Assembly (NCBI GenBank): GCA_964433545.1 | Contig: CAYSRJ010000002.1 | Coordinates: 37,020 to 101,019 of the forward strand | Source: an uncultured Spirochaetota bacterium | Lineage (GTDB): Bacteria; Spirochaetota; B62-G9; DRHN01 | Direction: 5' to 3' | DNA: 64,000 nucleotides | In this document: positions 1 to 10,035 of the stretch, piece by piece | Position numbering within the stretch: the stretch's first letter is position 1 | Layout of the letters: every line of letters starts with the position of its first letter | Made by a program: the position numbers and the translations under genes | Notes under the pieces: generated by a model | What the model saw: only the letters and a program-made list of their open reading frames with translations | Told to the model about the DNA's origin: nothing | Databases searched by the model: none

Positions 1-1
1 G

Positions 2-112
2 GGAAGCAGGTCGTATCAGGCTTCTCTTATTCTCAAGGCGCAGGGTTTTAAGAATATCCGTATACTTGAAGGCGGGCTCAAGATGTGGCCTTTTCAAATG
101 GTGCGTGAGTAA
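2..112 (+). CDS. Rhodanese-like domain protein, C-terminal fragment (gene starts upstream of the window)
   Basis: Frame 2 reads ...SYQASLILKAQGFKNIRILEGGLKMWPFQMVRE*, which matches the C-terminal motif of rhodanese/sulfurtransferase domains (xGxRS..A..L...G...V..L.GG...W). Confidence 0.45.
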   Translation, partial: GSRSYQASLILKAQGFKNIRILEGGLKMWPFQMVRE

Positions 113-117
113 CCGCC

Positions 118-230
118 TATGGCTATTAATGACCGAAGGTTATTAATGACCTTGAGCTATAAATGACCGAAGACTACCAAAGGCCTTAGGTTATCAACGA
201 CCTGAGGTTATCAATGGCCTGTGGTTATCA
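118..230. repeat. Tandem about 17-18-bp imperfect repeat (GGTTATYAATGRCCNNNN) x about 7 in the convergent intergenic region between the rhodanese gene and the ABC ATPase
   Basis: Direct reading: ggctattaatgaccgaa ggttattaatgaccttga gctataaatgaccgaa gactaccaaaggccttag gttatcaacgacctgag gttatcaatggcctgtg gttatcagc. Confidence 0.8.
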
Positions 231-1776
231 GCATTCCGATCTCTTCTCTTTTCGCGTCAACACCATCGAGTACTTTAATAATATTTCCCTGAGACATAAC
301 GGCGATGCGGTCGCCCAGCGCCATTATCTCATCCAGGTCTTCGGAAATCAACAGGAAGGATGTGCCTGTTTCCCTCAGTTCCATGAATAGTTCCCAGGTG
401 TGTTCAATCGCTTTTGCGTCGAGTCCCTGTGTCGGATATGCAGCGACGATGAAGCGGGGCCTGCGCCAGGTTTCCCTCCCCAGTATGAGACGCTGTATGT
501 TCCCTCCCGATAGGATTCTGGTAGGTGTTTTCCACAGGTCCGACACAATAGCGCCGAAACTCGCGACAATTTTTTCTGTATGGTTTGTAATATAGGGAAT
601 ATTGAGAAACGAACGTTTCGAAAATGGTGGAATTCTGACATCCTTCAAGATGACGTTCTCTGCGACGGTCATTGCTTCAATCACACCGACCTCACGCCTC
701 ATTTCGGGAATATGCGCTATTCCCGCCTTGATTATTTTTTGTGGTGAGCTGTTCGTAAAATCTTTTCCCTCGATGAGCACCCTTCCGCCTGAAGCGTGCC
801 GCAGCCCGGTTACCACCTCGGCGAGCTCACTCTGACCGTTTCCGGAGACTCCTGCAATACCGAAGATTTCCCCCTCTCTGATAGAAAAAGACACACCACA
901 AAGCGCAGGCTCCTCATCCATTCCCGCTGCCTCGAGGTTTTGCACCTCGAATACGATCCGCTCTGAACGCACGGTTTTTCGCTTTAGCTGTGCCGGCTCG
1001 TGTTCTCCGAACATGAGTCTGACCAGCTCATCTTTGTCTGTCTCGGATGATTTTCTGGTGCCCATGAGCTTTCCGAGTCGAAGTACGGTAACGCGGTCGC
1101 CCATCTCGAGGGCTTCCTCGATTTTATGAGTTATGAATAGGATGCCGTACCCCATTTTCGCCATATTGTGGAGCACTTCAAACAGATGTTGGGCATCAAC
1201 GGATATAAGCGATGTAGGCTCATCGAGAATAAGAATCTCCGGATCATGGTACAGGACCTTGATGATTTCGGCCCGCTGCTGTTCTCCGGCGGAAAGGTCC
1301 TCGATCCGCGCCGTGGGATCGATATGCATATTATATCTCTTCGACAATTCGCGAACCCTGTTTTCTACTTCGCGGAGGGGAAAGGAGAAATTATATCCCG
1401 ACAGCCCGATCGCGATATTCTCGGCTACCGTAAATGGTTTTACAAGAGCCAGCTCCTGGTGTACCATCCCGATGCGGTGACTGAGACCGTCCTTTGGAGA
1501 TTTCAGATACACCGGTTGGCCTTTTACATATATCTGTCCCTCTGTGAGGCTGTAAAATCCTGAAAGGCAGTTTGCAATTACGGTCTTTCCGGCACCATTT
1601 TCTCCAAGGAGGGTATGTATTTCACCCACTCGTACATCGATGTTGATATGATCGAGGATGAGATGCTCCCATACGCCGGGAAATCCCTTGCAGATTCCCT
1701 CTCCCTGTAAAATGACTCTGGTATCATCCGGTCCGGTGTCGTTACTCATAGCTGTCCTGCTCCTTTTCTGTCTCAT
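211..1776 (-). CDS. ABC transporter ATP-binding protein with two ABC domains (nucleoside/sugar importer ATPase)
   Basis: 521 aa; Walker A GENGAGKT plus a second ABC domain; ATGA start/stop overlap with the upstream permease; an alternative start (MSNDTG) 27 nt downstream has an AAGGAG RBS. Confidence 0.9.
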   Translation of the reverse strand: MRQKRSRTAMSNDTGPDDTRVILQGEGICKGFPGVWEHLILDHINIDVRVGEIHTLLGENGAGKTVIANCLSGFYSLTEGQIYVKGQPVYLKSPKDGLSHRIGMVHQELALVKPFTVAENIAIGLSGYNFSFPLREVENRVRELSKRYNMHIDPTARIEDLSAGEQQRAEIIKVLYHDPEILILDEPTSLISVDAQHLFEVLHNMAKMGYGILFITHKIEEALEMGDRVTVLRLGKLMGTRKSSETDKDELVRLMFGEHEPAQLKRKTVRSERIVFEVQNLEAAGMDEEPALCGVSFSIREGEIFGIAGVSGNGQSELAEVVTGLRHASGGRVLIEGKDFTNSSPQKIIKAGIAHIPEMRREVGVIEAMTVAENVILKDVRIPPFSKRSFLNIPYITNHTEKIVASFGAIVSDLWKTPTRILSGGNIQRLILGRETWRRPRFIVAAYPTQGLDAKAIEHTWELFMELRETGTSFLLISEDLDEIMALGDRIAVMSQGNIIKVLDGVDAKREEIGMLITTGH

Positions 1777-2675
1777 TCACGCATGTATGGTGTTCCCATT
1801 GCAGCTGGAAACCTGACCCTGCCGATGACACCGGCCACGATAAGCAGTGTTACAATATAGGGGGCCATGGAAATAAGCTGCCACGGAACAACACTCTGAA
1901 CTGCGGGCATCGTGGATATCCATACCGCAAGATTTTCGAAGAATCCGAAAATAAAACCTCCTAACAGAACCAGAAGCGGGTTCAGTCCGCTGAAAACAAC
2001 GGTTGCCAATGCGATAAAGCCTCTACCAGCCGATATTTCCTTCGTTACAGAGCCCATCCATGCCACGCTGATATAGGCACCAGCAAGGCCGGCGAGGGAT
2101 GCCCCGGCAGCAGTAGAAAAAAGTCTGAGCAGATGAACATTAATGCCAGCGACATCCGCGGCCTGCGGATTCTCTCCTACAGCCCTGATTTTGAGACCGA
2201 GTTTTGTTCTGAAGAGCAGGATCCAGACAATAACCGGCAGTGCAATGGTCACCAGAATCATGGGGCTTATGTTGCCAATTGCAGTGGAAATATTGACCAG
2301 TTGACTCTCCTTGGGTACTGCATGGTGCCCGGGGACGCCGAGGTGTATGAGCCAGAACGCTACCATGCCGATGGCGGCGAGATTGATTCCAACCCCCGTA
2401 ATAAGCTGTACGCCTTTGAAGTAGGTGTTGATCAGCCCGAATATGAGGCCCATGGCAAACCCGGTCGCAAGGCCGGTTACAAGGCCCATGAAAGCGCCCC
2501 ATGCTTCTGCCCCGAGAGCACCGGTCATTGCGCTGAGAAGGATTATGCCTTCAAGCCCGATATTGAACAGTCCCGCGGATTCACCGACGGTTTCTCCCGT
2601 GGCGGTGAGTGTGATCGGGACCATTGCATGGAGCGACCCCGTGAATATTCCGATAAAAAGGTAGGCCAGGCTCAT
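1773..2675 (-). CDS. ABC transporter permease (BMP-family nucleoside uptake system)
   Basis: 300 aa polytopic membrane protein; operon context between the SBP and the ATPase. Confidence 0.85.
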   Translation of the reverse strand: MSLAYLFIGIFTGSLHAMVPITLTATGETVGESAGLFNIGLEGIILLSAMTGALGAEAWGAFMGLVTGLATGFAMGLIFGLINTYFKGVQLITGVGINLAAIGMVAFWLIHLGVPGHHAVPKESQLVNISTAIGNISPMILVTIALPVIVWILLFRTKLGLKIRAVGENPQAADVAGINVHLLRLFSTAAGASLAGLAGAYISVAWMGSVTKEISAGRGFIALATVVFSGLNPLLVLLGGFIFGFFENLAVWISTMPAVQSVVPWQLISMAPYIVTLLIVAGVIGRVRFPAAMGTPYMRE

Positions 2676-2718
2676 TCATTCCTCCGATACCCGGCTCTGT
2701 ATTGCCGGGGTACCTGTT

Positions 2719-3786
2719 TTACAGGGTTTGATCCTTTTTTCTTTTAAAGATGGAAAAGATACGTGACAGCTCGGGAATTGCGAGAAAAAGCACGACGACC
2801 CCCTCCAGTACACGGACCATCTCGAGGGGGACCTGGGCTAAGAGCTGCATCATCCTACCCCCGGCTAACAGGCCGCCGAAAAAAATCGCGGCAAAGATAA
2901 TCCCTGCCGGATGGTTTCTTCCGATCATCGCTACAGCGAGGCCGTCGAAACCGAGGTTCTGTATGGCGGGCAGACCGCCGAACACCGCGTATGTGGGGGG
3001 GCGGCCCATGACGTGCACTGCACCTCCGAGTCCGGCGGTTATCCCGCCCATCACGAATACGGAAAGTATCACCCTCCATTTTTCAATGCCCGCATACCTG
3101 GCTGCATCCTGGTTGTAGCCCATGGCCCGCAAGTCAAAACCGATGACTGTCCGCCAGATAAAAAGCCATACAAGGGCGGCTGCAGCAACAGAGAGAAAAA
3201 TACCGTAGCTGAGGCTTGTTCCCGGCACGAGCAGGGCGAAACGTGCGCCTCTGGCAATGCTGACGGTTTTCTCGGCCCTCTGAGGGTCGACGAGTACTTT
3301 TGAGATGAGGTAGAATGATAAAAAATGCGCGACCCAGTTGAGCATAATTGTGGATATTACTTCATGGACTCCCCTGGTGGCTTTCAAAACGGCAACAGGC
3401 ATACTCCAGATTATTCCGGCAAGTGCCGCTGCAATAATACTCAAAACAAAGGAAAGTGCAGGCGGGAGTCTCAGCAGGGTTATTGAAACAGCAGCAAGCG
3501 CCCCCAGATACAGCTGGCCCTCGGCACCGATATTGAACATGCCGCCCCGAAATCCGACAGCAAAGGTAAGTGCGGTAAGTATCAGTGGCGTGGCGTTTGC
3601 GACTGACTCTGAAAACCCGTACAGGTCACCGAATGCGCCGCTGAGAAGGGCCTGATACGCTGCTATCGGATTATATCCGTATGCCAGTATGATGAGTGCA
3701 CCAACGCAAAACCCGATAACTCCTGCAGTGATCGATTTTCTCAGCTCTTCCGTTCGGTCACGCGCGGTTTTTTTCCAGTCCTTCAT
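2719..3786 (-). CDS. ABC transporter permease (BMP-family nucleoside uptake system)
   Basis: 355 aa polytopic membrane protein, branched-chain/ribose permease family fold. Confidence 0.85.
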   Translation of the reverse strand: MKDWKKTARDRTEELRKSITAGVIGFCVGALIILAYGYNPIAAYQALLSGAFGDLYGFSESVANATPLILTALTFAVGFRGGMFNIGAEGQLYLGALAAVSITLLRLPPALSFVLSIIAAALAGIIWSMPVAVLKATRGVHEVISTIMLNWVAHFLSFYLISKVLVDPQRAEKTVSIARGARFALLVPGTSLSYGIFLSVAAAALVWLFIWRTVIGFDLRAMGYNQDAARYAGIEKWRVILSVFVMGGITAGLGGAVHVMGRPPTYAVFGGLPAIQNLGFDGLAVAMIGRNHPAGIIFAAIFFGGLLAGGRMMQLLAQVPLEMVRVLEGVVVLFLAIPELSRIFSIFKRKKDQTL

Positions 3787-3935
3787 TTAGAGTTATTTTT
3801 CCTTCACTGTATATTTACCCATTATACTTCTCTCAGTTAGGCGCCCTGCATGGTGAAAGGTAGGGTTTTCGAATGTCCAGTTTGTTCATTTAACGTGTTG
3901 GGAAATCAATTTCACACAGGACGTTTTCTGAAACA

Positions 3936-3968
3936 AAGAAAGGGGACAGCACCGGCTGTCCCCTGTAG
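3936..3968 (-). terminator. Stem-loop (GGGGACAGC-ACC-GCTGTCCCC) with flanking A/T runs between bmp and the permease genes; possible intra-operon attenuator or bidirectional terminator
   Basis: 9-bp perfect inverted repeat; A-run upstream on + (a U-run on the minus transcript); T-run downstream on +. Confidence 0.5.
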
Positions 3969-3978
3969 TTTTGAAAAC

Positions 3979-5175
3979 TTAGCGTGTCAGCGGGTATTTC
4001 GATCTGACTGCTTTCATCTCCTTGAGTGTGTTCGCTGTTGGAACGCTGACCTGGCCGGAAATTATCTGCTTCTCCAGGTCGTCAACCGCCCGCCAGATGA
4101 ATTCCGGAATATCGTTTCGCATACGTTTCCAGTTTGCAATTATTCTTCCCTTGTCCTGTGCGGTGATCTTTTTCGATTCAATACCGAACTCCATGAAGGT
4201 GCTGAGGTCTTCATACTTGCTTATGGCAACACCTTTTGAATCAAGACCCATAACAACGAGTCCTCCTTTGAATGTGCCGTTGACAACGGCCTTGACTGCA
4301 TTATAGCAGCCGTTATCCACACGCTTCAGCGCACTGGCAAGAACCCGATGCCCGTCTCCCATCCAGTCCTGATCTGCATCCACACCGATCATAAAGGGCG
4401 GGCCCGCTTCTTTTCCCTTTGCCTCGATTGCTTCGGTAACGGCCTGCAGGTCGCCTATTCCAAGCGGGCCGGCGACATTGTAGATAAGCCCGGCCCCCTG
4501 GGCGAGCATCGCTTTGGATGCTTCTTTTCCTTTAGCGATATCGGAGAAAGTTCCCGTATAGGTGTACAGAAGCCCAATATTCGGGTTCTTTCCCTTTACC
4601 TTTGCATACCGTTTGTTTCCCCAGTCGATGCCGTATCGGAACCCTGCTTCGAAATGGTACAACACTGGGATTTCAATTCCGAGCACACACCCCACATTGG
4701 GATAGCCGTAATAGGCCGCGGTCATCGCTGATAGAGCTCCGACGAGCGCCGAGCATTCATTTTCCTTGAAAACGATGGACATCACATTCGGTGAATCGAC
4801 TACAGAATCGATTATCATAAACTTCTGATCGGGAAACTCCTTCGCGACTGTTGAAACAGCATCGGTAAGCAGGAACCCGACCGCAATGATAAGATCGAAT
4901 CTGCCCGACCTGGCTGCATTTCGTACATTAGGAAGGTAATCGGCTGCGGAAGCGCTCTGAATTTCAACCATCTTTAAACCGAAATCGGCAGCCGCCCTGT
5001 CGGTACCCATGAACCCCATGTCGTTAAAGGCCAGGTCGCCTCGTCCGCCGACATCGAGCACAACGGCAACATTGCCTTTGAGCTTCGCATGCGCTGTTCC
5101 AGGTGCGACTAACAAACCAAAAACAAATAGTACTGCCACAACGGCGCACATCAATGACTTTTGTTTGATATTCAT
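3979..5175 (-). CDS. BMP-family (basic membrane protein / PnrA-like) ABC substrate-binding lipoprotein, probably nucleoside-binding
   Basis: 398 aa; N-terminal signal peptide; BMP/Med family sequence features; first gene of the ABC operon. Confidence 0.8.
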   Translation of the reverse strand: MNIKQKSLMCAVVAVLFVFGLLVAPGTAHAKLKGNVAVVLDVGGRGDLAFNDMGFMGTDRAAADFGLKMVEIQSASAADYLPNVRNAARSGRFDLIIAVGFLLTDAVSTVAKEFPDQKFMIIDSVVDSPNVMSIVFKENECSALVGALSAMTAAYYGYPNVGCVLGIEIPVLYHFEAGFRYGIDWGNKRYAKVKGKNPNIGLLYTYTGTFSDIAKGKEASKAMLAQGAGLIYNVAGPLGIGDLQAVTEAIEAKGKEAGPPFMIGVDADQDWMGDGHRVLASALKRVDNGCYNAVKAVVNGTFKGGLVVMGLDSKGVAISKYEDLSTFMEFGIESKKITAQDKGRIIANWKRMRNDIPEFIWRAVDDLEKQIISGQVSVPTANTLKEMKAVRSKYPLTR

Positions 5176-5452
5176 GTACCAGCCTCCTTTCAGGAATTAG
5201 TTTTTTGTACAGCCTTTTATGATGAATCACAGTATACCAAATATAAAAAATATGCAAGTACAATTGATGTTTTTTATGGGGGCCGGGTGAGGTGTATACG
5301 CGCGACGTATTGTATAACAAATCCAGGGTTTGCACCGGCGGCACTATTCGGATTCAAAGCGTCCGAAAAATAGGGGTTTCTGTGCATGTGTGCTTTCCGA
5401 TTGACCGTACTTCGTTTCTCCTGTACAATCTTAAAAATAGGGGGAGGAAAAT

Positions 5453-6514
5453 GTGGACCAGGTGATTCTCAAGGCAAAAGATCTGGACGGGTATCTCACC
5501 GAAAATGACAGGGGAAATATCGAACGGGTAAACAGGATGTATGATAAGGCGATTGCCGTTTTCCAGGTTCTTTCCGATGTTCGGGTATTGCAGAGAAGAG
5601 AGAAATCGATCAACGAGCTCATCGACCTGTATAATAAAGTGGGCGACATGATGCAGGAGATAATCAGCAGGGAAAACGGAATACACGTGTACTCATTTGA
5701 GACGCATGAGTCCATACACGGTGAGGCATCACGTCTTATTGCAAAGCTTCGCGACGAGAAGACCGAACGTCCAGAATTTATCTACTATATTCAACGCGCC
5801 TATGAGCTCCTGTTCAACTTTGCATTTGGTAACGTGAAGCACAAGAAAAAGAACTATATCGTGGTGAAGACTCCGGTGGATGTCCCGGTTGAAAATTACG
5901 CAGTCCATAAAATTCCGGACATCGATGACCGTGTCGAAAAGAGTGTAATGTGCGTCATGCTCAGGGGAGCGCTTCTGCCCTCGATGATCATGTCGAAAGA
6001 GATCCAGGAATATTCTTCCCATAACTACCTCACGCCATTTGCTCTCTTCAAGATAGCGAGAGACGACACAAAGGAAGAACACAATATGGAGTATATTCTC
6101 AATCTCCAGCGATCATACTTCAGCATAGAAGAACTCGACGGAAAGGACCTCTTTTTTGCAGATCCGATGAACGCAACGGGTGGAAGTATGGTGACGATCG
6201 TAAAGTATCTTCTGGATCAGGGTGTGAAGCCGCGTTCGATTAGTTTTTTCAACGTCATCTCGGTGTTGAAGGGCGCGCTTCGTATTGTCCGGGCTGTCGA
6301 AAATGTCCATGTGTATACACTATGGATGGATCCTGTCCTGAACAGGCTTGCATACATACTGCCAGGACTCGGCGATGCAGGGGACAGGATTAACGGGTAC
6401 GATGAAGCCGGTAGCCCGAGGAATATCCTGCGGCTCGTGGCAGATTACGGGGCAAACATCGCCCTGCTGTACAGGGACCAGCTGAAGCAAATAGAGGAAA
6501 CAGTATTGGAATAG
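5453..6514 (+). CDS. upp: Uracil phosphoribosyltransferase-like protein with an N-terminal extension of about 100 aa
   Basis: The C-terminal two-thirds carries the UPRTase motifs ...DPMNATGGS... and YILPGLGDAGDRINGY (cf. canonical DPMLATGGS / IIPGLGDAGDK); GTG start with a GGGGAGG RBS. Confidence 0.7.
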   Translation: MDQVILKAKDLDGYLTENDRGNIERVNRMYDKAIAVFQVLSDVRVLQRREKSINELIDLYNKVGDMMQEIISRENGIHVYSFETHESIHGEASRLIAKLRDEKTERPEFIYYIQRAYELLFNFAFGNVKHKKKNYIVVKTPVDVPVENYAVHKIPDIDDRVEKSVMCVMLRGALLPSMIMSKEIQEYSSHNYLTPFALFKIARDDTKEEHNMEYILNLQRSYFSIEELDGKDLFFADPMNATGGSMVTIVKYLLDQGVKPRSISFFNVISVLKGALRIVRAVENVHVYTLWMDPVLNRLAYILPGLGDAGDRINGYDEAGSPRNILRLVADYGANIALLYRDQLKQIEETVLE

Positions 6515-6546
6515 TGGTATGAATCTACTTCGGAGAGGAGAGACGG

Positions 6547-7101
6547 ATGACGAAAAAGGTTCTTGTGCCGATTGCCGACGGCAGTGAGGAAATAGAGGCT
6601 GTATGTATTATTGATGTGCTCCGAAGAGCAGGAGCGGAAGTTACCGTTGCATCAGTCGGTGAGCTTCAGATAACAGCCTCTCGCGGAGTCAAACTTGTCG
6701 CCGACACGCGTATAGCGGAGTGTACGGATAAAACCTACGACTGCATTGCCCTCCCGGGCGGTATGCCGGGAGCCGAGCATCTGAGGGACTCTGAAGAGCT
6801 CCTTGGCCTGTTGAAGCGACAGGCGGACGAGGGCAGGCTGTTTGCCGCGATCTGCGCTGCACCGGTGGTTGTGCTCAAGAATCACGGGCTTTTGGGAAGG
6901 CGGAGGGCAACAGGCCATCCGGATTTCAGCGATGTCTTTGAGAACAGGGAGAGTGTCGGCTCCCGTGTTGTGGTGGACGGCAACTGCGTGACAAGCCGCG
7001 GGCCAGGCACGGCAATCGAGTTCGCCCTCACACTGGTGGAGCTTCTCTTCAGTAAAGAAAAGGCTGATGAAGTTGCAGCCCCGATGCTCGTGCGGGAATG
7101 A
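6547..7101 (+). CDS. DJ-1/PfpI (ThiJ) family protein
   Basis: 184 aa; IALPGG...AICAAP nucleophile-elbow cysteine motif typical of DJ-1/PfpI. Confidence 0.8.
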   Translation: MTKKVLVPIADGSEEIEAVCIIDVLRRAGAEVTVASVGELQITASRGVKLVADTRIAECTDKTYDCIALPGGMPGAEHLRDSEELLGLLKRQADEGRLFAAICAAPVVVLKNHGLLGRRRATGHPDFSDVFENRESVGSRVVVDGNCVTSRGPGTAIEFALTLVELLFSKEKADEVAAPMLVRE

Positions 7102-7183
7102 CTATTTGCCGAAAATCTCTCATGTTCGCGTCCGATTAATGCCAAGCGGCATTACACAGAATCCAGGCCTGGTTTGGCCCGGT

Positions 7184-8146
7184 TTACGCGTGAAGGAAGC
7201 AGGCGACGAACTGCCCGGGTTTATTTTCCTTCAATTCCGGTACTTCTTTATCGCATACGTCCATCTTATAAGGACATCGTGGATGGAACCTGCATCCTGA
7301 AGGAGGGTTGACAGGGCTCGGAACATCTCCCATTAGAATTTCCCCCTTTTTTCTGCGCCTCGGGTTGGGAATGGGTATTGCTGATAGAAGCGCTTCAGTG
7401 TATGGGTGCTTTGGGTCGTCAAAGAGAATTTTTTTAGGTGCCATTTCAACAATTTTGCCCAGGTACATGACTGCAACGCGGTCGCTGATGTGTTTTATGA
7501 TACTCAGATCGTGAGCGATGAAGAGAAGGGTTATCCCGAATTCCTCCTGCAAATCCTGCAATAAATTGATGATCTGGGCCTGAATTGAAACATCCAGAGC
7601 GGAGACTGACTCATCTGCAACGATAAATTCCGGGTTTATCGCCAGAGCCCGTGCGATTCCGATTCGCTGCCTCTGTCCCCCACTGAACTCATGGGGATAG
7701 CGAAACCTCTGATCGGCTGTGAGCCCCACCTTTTCCATTATTTCTATTACCTTCTCATCTCGTTCTTTTTTCGGTACGGTTCTATGCACTGCCAGAGGTT
7801 CGGCAATTGCTGATTTCACGGTCATTCTCGGATCAAGGGAGCCAAACGGGTCCTGGTAAATGATCATCATCCTGCGCCTGATCGGCATCATCTCCTTTTT
7901 TTTCAAATGAGTGATTTCTCTGCCACCAAAATAGATGCTGCCTTCGGTAGGATCCAGTATCTTCAGGATAACCTTCCCGCACGTTGTTTTGCCGCAGCCC
8001 GATTCTCCGACAAGCCCGAGGACTTCTTTCTGTTTAATAAAGAAGCTCACATCATCCACAGCCCTCACGGCCTCTTTTCCCATAGGGCCCCTCTTCCCTG
8101 TCCAGAACCATTTTCTCAGATTTTTAACTTCAACCGTTTTCTCCAA
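7184..8146 (-). CDS. oppF: Oligopeptide/dipeptide ABC transporter ATP-binding protein (OppF/DppF-like)
   Basis: 320 aa; Walker [10 protein letters not shown]; C-terminal oligopeptide-ABC extension with conserved Cys. Confidence 0.85.
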   Translation of the reverse strand: MEKTVEVKNLRKWFWTGKRGPMGKEAVRAVDDVSFFIKQKEVLGLVGESGCGKTTCGKVILKILDPTEGSIYFGGREITHLKKKEMMPIRRRMMIIYQDPFGSLDPRMTVKSAIAEPLAVHRTVPKKERDEKVIEIMEKVGLTADQRFRYPHEFSGGQRQRIGIARALAINPEFIVADESVSALDVSIQAQIINLLQDLQEEFGITLLFIAHDLSIIKHISDRVAVMYLGKIVEMAPKKILFDDPKHPYTEALLSAIPIPNPRRRKKGEILMGDVPSPVNPPSGCRFHPRCPYKMDVCDKEVPELKENKPGQFVACFLHA

Positions 8147-8171
8147 CCTGACTGTCCCCCTGGAGTTTTTC

Positions 8172-9134
8172 TTAATATAAGTGGCATTTTACGAAATGAT
8201 TGGTATCGATTTCCTTTAATTCCGGAGATTCGGTGACACATTTTTCGAAGCAAAAATTGCACCGTGGATGAAATGAACATCCTGAGGGCATGGCTAAAAG
8301 ATTCGGGACCAGACCTTTTATTGTATCGAGACGTTTCACGTTTTTGTCCAGCCGAGGTATGGATTTATTGAGTCCCATCGTATAGGGGTGGAGCGGGTTG
8401 CTGAACAGTGCATCAATATCGGCATACTCAACGATGTGTCCTGCATACATCACTGCAACATCGTCACACATTTCTGCAATCACACCGAGATCATGGGTTA
8501 TCAGCAGTACCGAAGCGTTGATTTTAGCCTTCATTTCATTGATCAATCTCAGGATCTGGGCCTGGATGGTTACATCAAGTGCGGTTGTAGGTTCATCGGC
8601 GATGAGCAGCGCAGGGTGGCAGGACAACGCCATTGCGATCATTACTCTTTGTCTCATTCCGCCGGAAAGCTCATGAGGGTAGTTGTTTAACCTCTTTTCT
8701 GCATCAGGAATCCCGACAATCGCAAGTGCTCCTATTGCTGCTTTTTTTGCCTCTGTCTTATTCAATCCCTGATGCAGGGTGATTGATTCCATTATTTCAT
8801 GGCCGATGGTGAATACGGGGTCAAGTGATGTCATTGGCTCCTGAAAAATCATTGATATTTCGCACCCTCGAATCTTTCTCATTTCCCTTTCAGTCAGATT
8901 CAGGAGGTTCTTTCCCTTAAAGATTATTTCTCCTCCCACAATCTTTCCGGGAGGATACGGAACCAGCCTCAAGATGGAAAGAGCCGTAATACTCTTGCCG
9001 CATCCGGATTCTCCGACGAGCCCCAGTGTCTTGCCCTGGTTTATGGTTAGACTTATTCCATCAACAGCTTTTGCTGTTCCCTCATACATATAAAATGAAG
9101 TTTGCAGGTTTTTTAAATTCAGCAACTCTTTCAT
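8172..9134 (-). CDS. oppD: Oligopeptide/dipeptide ABC transporter ATP-binding protein (OppD/DppD-like)
   Basis: 320 aa; Walker A GESGCGKS; LSGGMRQR signature. Confidence 0.85.
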   Translation of the reverse strand: MKELLNLKNLQTSFYMYEGTAKAVDGISLTINQGKTLGLVGESGCGKSITALSILRLVPYPPGKIVGGEIIFKGKNLLNLTEREMRKIRGCEISMIFQEPMTSLDPVFTIGHEIMESITLHQGLNKTEAKKAAIGALAIVGIPDAEKRLNNYPHELSGGMRQRVMIAMALSCHPALLIADEPTTALDVTIQAQILRLINEMKAKINASVLLITHDLGVIAEMCDDVAVMYAGHIVEYADIDALFSNPLHPYTMGLNKSIPRLDKNVKRLDTIKGLVPNLLAMPSGCSFHPRCNFCFEKCVTESPELKEIDTNHFVKCHLY

Positions 9135-9142
9135 ATTCCGCC

Positions 9143-10024
9143 CTATGTTTTCAATCTTGGGTCAAGAATATCCCGCAGGCCGTCTCCCAGCAGGTTGAGG
9201 CCTAACACCGAAAAAAGAATGGCAATACCGGGAAAAGTAGCCACCCACCATGCGCCGCTCACTATGTAGGAGTAACTTTTAGAGAGCATCGCTCCCCATT
9301 CAGGAGTTGGGGGCTGGGCTCCCAGGCCCAGAAAACCCAGCGCTGCACAGTCAAGAATTGCCGTCGCCAGCATCAGGGTTCCGTATACAATCACCGGTGC
9401 AACGCTGTTCGGTAGAACATGACGGAAAATAATCCGCAGGTTTCGTGAACCGAGCGCAGTCTGCACCTCTATATACTCCATTTCCTTGATGTAGAGTACC
9501 GAGCTCCTTATAATTCTCGCCATCTGCGGTGTGTATACAATACCGATAGCTATCATTGCTTTACTCAGCCCCTGGCCTATGATGGTCACGATGACGATTG
9601 CAAGAAGCAGCGCAGGGAATGCAAACATAATGTCGACGAATCTCATAATTGTTGCATCGACCCATCCCCCGAAATAGCCCGCGATTATTCCAAAGGTAAT
9701 GCCGAGTATCATTGCAATGCCAACGGCAACAAAACCTGCACTCAAACTGACCCTGGTTCCGTATATGATTCTGCTGAGAACACACCGTCCGAGGGCATCG
9801 GTTCCAAGCGGCTTGCCCTTCAGGCCTTCTGCGCTCCAGAAACCTGGTTTTAATTTATTGGCAAGATCGGGCGGTGAGGGAATGGGATCATTGGGCGCAA
9901 TGATGTTTGCGAAAATTGCACAGAGGATTAAAATAATGAGAATTACAAGACCGAACGTCGCGGACTTGTTGTATTTCAGCCGTCTTATTACTTCTGCGGC
10001 TCTGGTTTCTTTCTTCTTCTCCAT
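9143..10024 (-). CDS. oppC: Oligopeptide ABC transporter permease (OppC/DppC-like)
   Basis: 293 aa membrane protein of the BPD_transp_1 family; operon context. Confidence 0.85.
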   Translation of the reverse strand: MEKKKETRAAEVIRRLKYNKSATFGLVILIILILCAIFANIIAPNDPIPSPPDLANKLKPGFWSAEGLKGKPLGTDALGRCVLSRIIYGTRVSLSAGFVAVGIAMILGITFGIIAGYFGGWVDATIMRFVDIMFAFPALLLAIVIVTIIGQGLSKAMIAIGIVYTPQMARIIRSSVLYIKEMEYIEVQTALGSRNLRIIFRHVLPNSVAPVIVYGTLMLATAILDCAALGFLGLGAQPPTPEWGAMLSKSYSYIVSGAWWVATFPGIAILFSVLGLNLLGDGLRDILDPRLKT

Positions 10025-10035
10025 TTGTATCCTGC

